DNA from: Fibrobacter succinogenes subsp. succinogenes S85
Lineage (GTDB): Bacteria > Fibrobacterota > Fibrobacteria > Fibrobacterales > Fibrobacteraceae
Assembly (NCBI RefSeq): GCF_000146505.1
Contig: NC_017448.1
Span: 840,001-872,000 of the forward strand
DNA: 32,000 nucleotides
Direction of reading: 5' to 3'
The notes beneath the pieces were generated by a model. The model had not been told where the DNA came from. It did not search any database and worked only from the letters and a program-made list of their open reading frames with translations. The translations under genes and the position numbers were made by a program. Positions within the stretch are counted from its first letter, which is position 1. Every line of letters begins with the position of its first letter. Positions 30,681 to 32,000 of this stretch are shown one piece after another.

Positions 30681-32000
30681 TTATTTCTTCTGGGTTCTGC
30701 GATAACCGCGACGAATCGTTTCCGTAGTGCGCTGGAACGGCATCGTCATGATGGTCGGGTTGTTACCGTTACTTGCATAGCAGTAAGAGTAAGCTTCCTT
30801 CACGACCGTCATCTGGTAAACATACGGACCCGTAGCGAGCAAACGACCCTTGTCCGTAACCGGATACATCTTGATCGTAGCAAGCATAGCACCCGTAGAG
30901 CCATACATCGGAGTTTCACCGCAGCCCGGCACCTTCACGCCTGCAGACTTCGTAGAAGAACGCAAGCCGTTCAAGGCGTTTTCAAATTCTTCCTGTGTCA
31001 CGCGCTTGCTGTACTGGTTCACAAAGTGGCCGAGGTGGTCAAACACGCGAATATTCACATGGAACGGCTGTGTGGTCGGGAAAGACCAGCTCGTGCAAGA
31101 TTCGTTACTCTTCTTGCCCGGAACGTTTGCAGAACCGTCGTTATAGCAGAGAGTTTTGTTTGCATCCTGGCCTGCACCATAGACAACGCCTGTACCAACC
31201 GGGACAGTCGTAGCCCCCTGAGCACCAGAAGTCATAAGCACCTTGGCGCTATCCTTAGCCCACTTGAGCGGATCAACGTTATTGACAGCCGGAATCGGAG
31301 TCAAAACAAGGTCAGCAGTCATGTCGGTCGGAATCGTACCGCTACCAGCCAAGTCCGTAAGTGCCTGGGATTCATTCGTAAAGTCCGGACGGTCATAAGC
31401 AGGGTCGTCAGGCACCACAGGAGTCGTAGCCACTGCAGTATAAGAAATCTTACCCCACTTTTCACGTTCATCGAAGCCTTCCACATGCTTGCCAGAGCTC
31501 GATGCCACATAGAAAGTCACCTTCTGAGACCAGGCCATCAACTGAGCCCATTCCTGTGCAGTATAGTTACCACCATTGCCATCATCGTTAAGTCCCTGGC
31601 TATACGGAACGTTGAATGCCAAGCGGTCATCGCCCAGGAGGCCACCTTCAACAACGTTACCATTAAGGTCCTTCACGACACCTTCAAACTGGTACATCTG
31701 GCCATCGGCACCCTTGTCAATCGGGCCAGTCATCGAAGTCACATAGAAGCCATAAACCATCGTCACCTTCTGGCCGTTAGCATCGGTCACTTCGCGCAAC
31801 ACAACCATGGACGGCACATTCGGATTGTTGATAGCAATAAGGCTAGAGTCTGCCAGCGGGACGTTCATGTACATGCTGTTGTGAGAAATACCGTTTTCGT
31901 CCACCTTCACGACGACATCGCTAACAGTCGGCTGACCATAACGGGACGGAGCAAGTTCGGCAAGAGACGTACGGATGTAAATGTTGGAACCATCGGACTG
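30681..32000 (-). CDS. Large secreted/surface hypothetical protein, 5' end outside window
   Basis: The ORF track starts at the GTG at 31910, but my hand translation of 31911..32000 in the same frame (QSDGSNIYIRTSLAELAPSRYGQPTVSDVVV) has no stop. The gene therefore continues upstream of the window. Basic C-terminus IRRGYRRTQKK. No family recognised. Confidence 0.6.
   Translation of the reverse strand, partial: QSDGSNIYIRTSLAELAPSRYGQPTVSDVVVKVDENGISHNSMYMNVPLADSSLIAINNPNVPSMVVLREVTDANGQKVTMVYGFYVTSMTGPIDKGADGQMYQFEGVVKDLNGNVVEGGLLGDDRLAFNVPYSQGLNDDGNGGNYTAQEWAQLMAWSQKVTFYVASSSGKHVEGFDEREKWGKISYTAVATTPVVPDDPAYDRPDFTNESQALTDLAGSGTIPTDMTADLVLTPIPAVNNVDPLKWAKDSAKVLMTSGAQGATTVPVGTGVVYGAGQDANKTLCYNDGSANVPGKKSNESCTSWSFPTTQPFHVNIRVFDHLGHFVNQYSKRVTQEEFENALNGLRSSTKSAGVKVPGCGETPMYGSTGAMLATIKMYPVTDKGRLLATGPYVYQMTVVKEAYSYCYASNGNNPTIMTMPFQRTTETIRRGYRRTQKK

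Overview
This looks like a chromosomal segment from Fibrobacter succinogenes or a close relative. The 608-aa xylanase with two GH11 domains matches what I recall of XynC from strain S85, and the TIGR02147 and FISUMP/TIGR02145 paralog families are present. I support 27 CDS, two of which run off the window edges. The housekeeping core comprises a YebC-family regulator, a phosphohexomutase, dapA, gyrA, surE, TrmH-like and THUMP-type RNA methyltransferases, ilvD, a NUDIX hydrolase, an LptE-like lipoprotein and a STAS/anti-sigma-kinase pair. Three accessory blocks are visibly more AT-rich. (i) 1-4774 holds a tandemly repeated two-gene cassette (Ser-linker lipoprotein plus secreted protein) and one more secreted protein. 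(ii) 18352-22979 is a three-gene operon of a TIGR02147 HTH-like protein and two modular lipoproteins. (iii) 8269-9144 is a solitary Rpn/PD-(D/E)XK nuclease gene. I saw no rRNA, tRNA, CRISPR array, transposase-bearing IS or prophage genes. The most unusual signal is non-genic: a mosaic of small hairpin and word repeats in 3' UTRs and intergenic spacers. Copies show compensatory stem substitutions. The repeats appear to be inserted in frame at about four places in the THUMP methyltransferase ORF, and one sits between two synonymous copies of the last 12 codons of ilvD. All identities and counts were made by eye, not computed.
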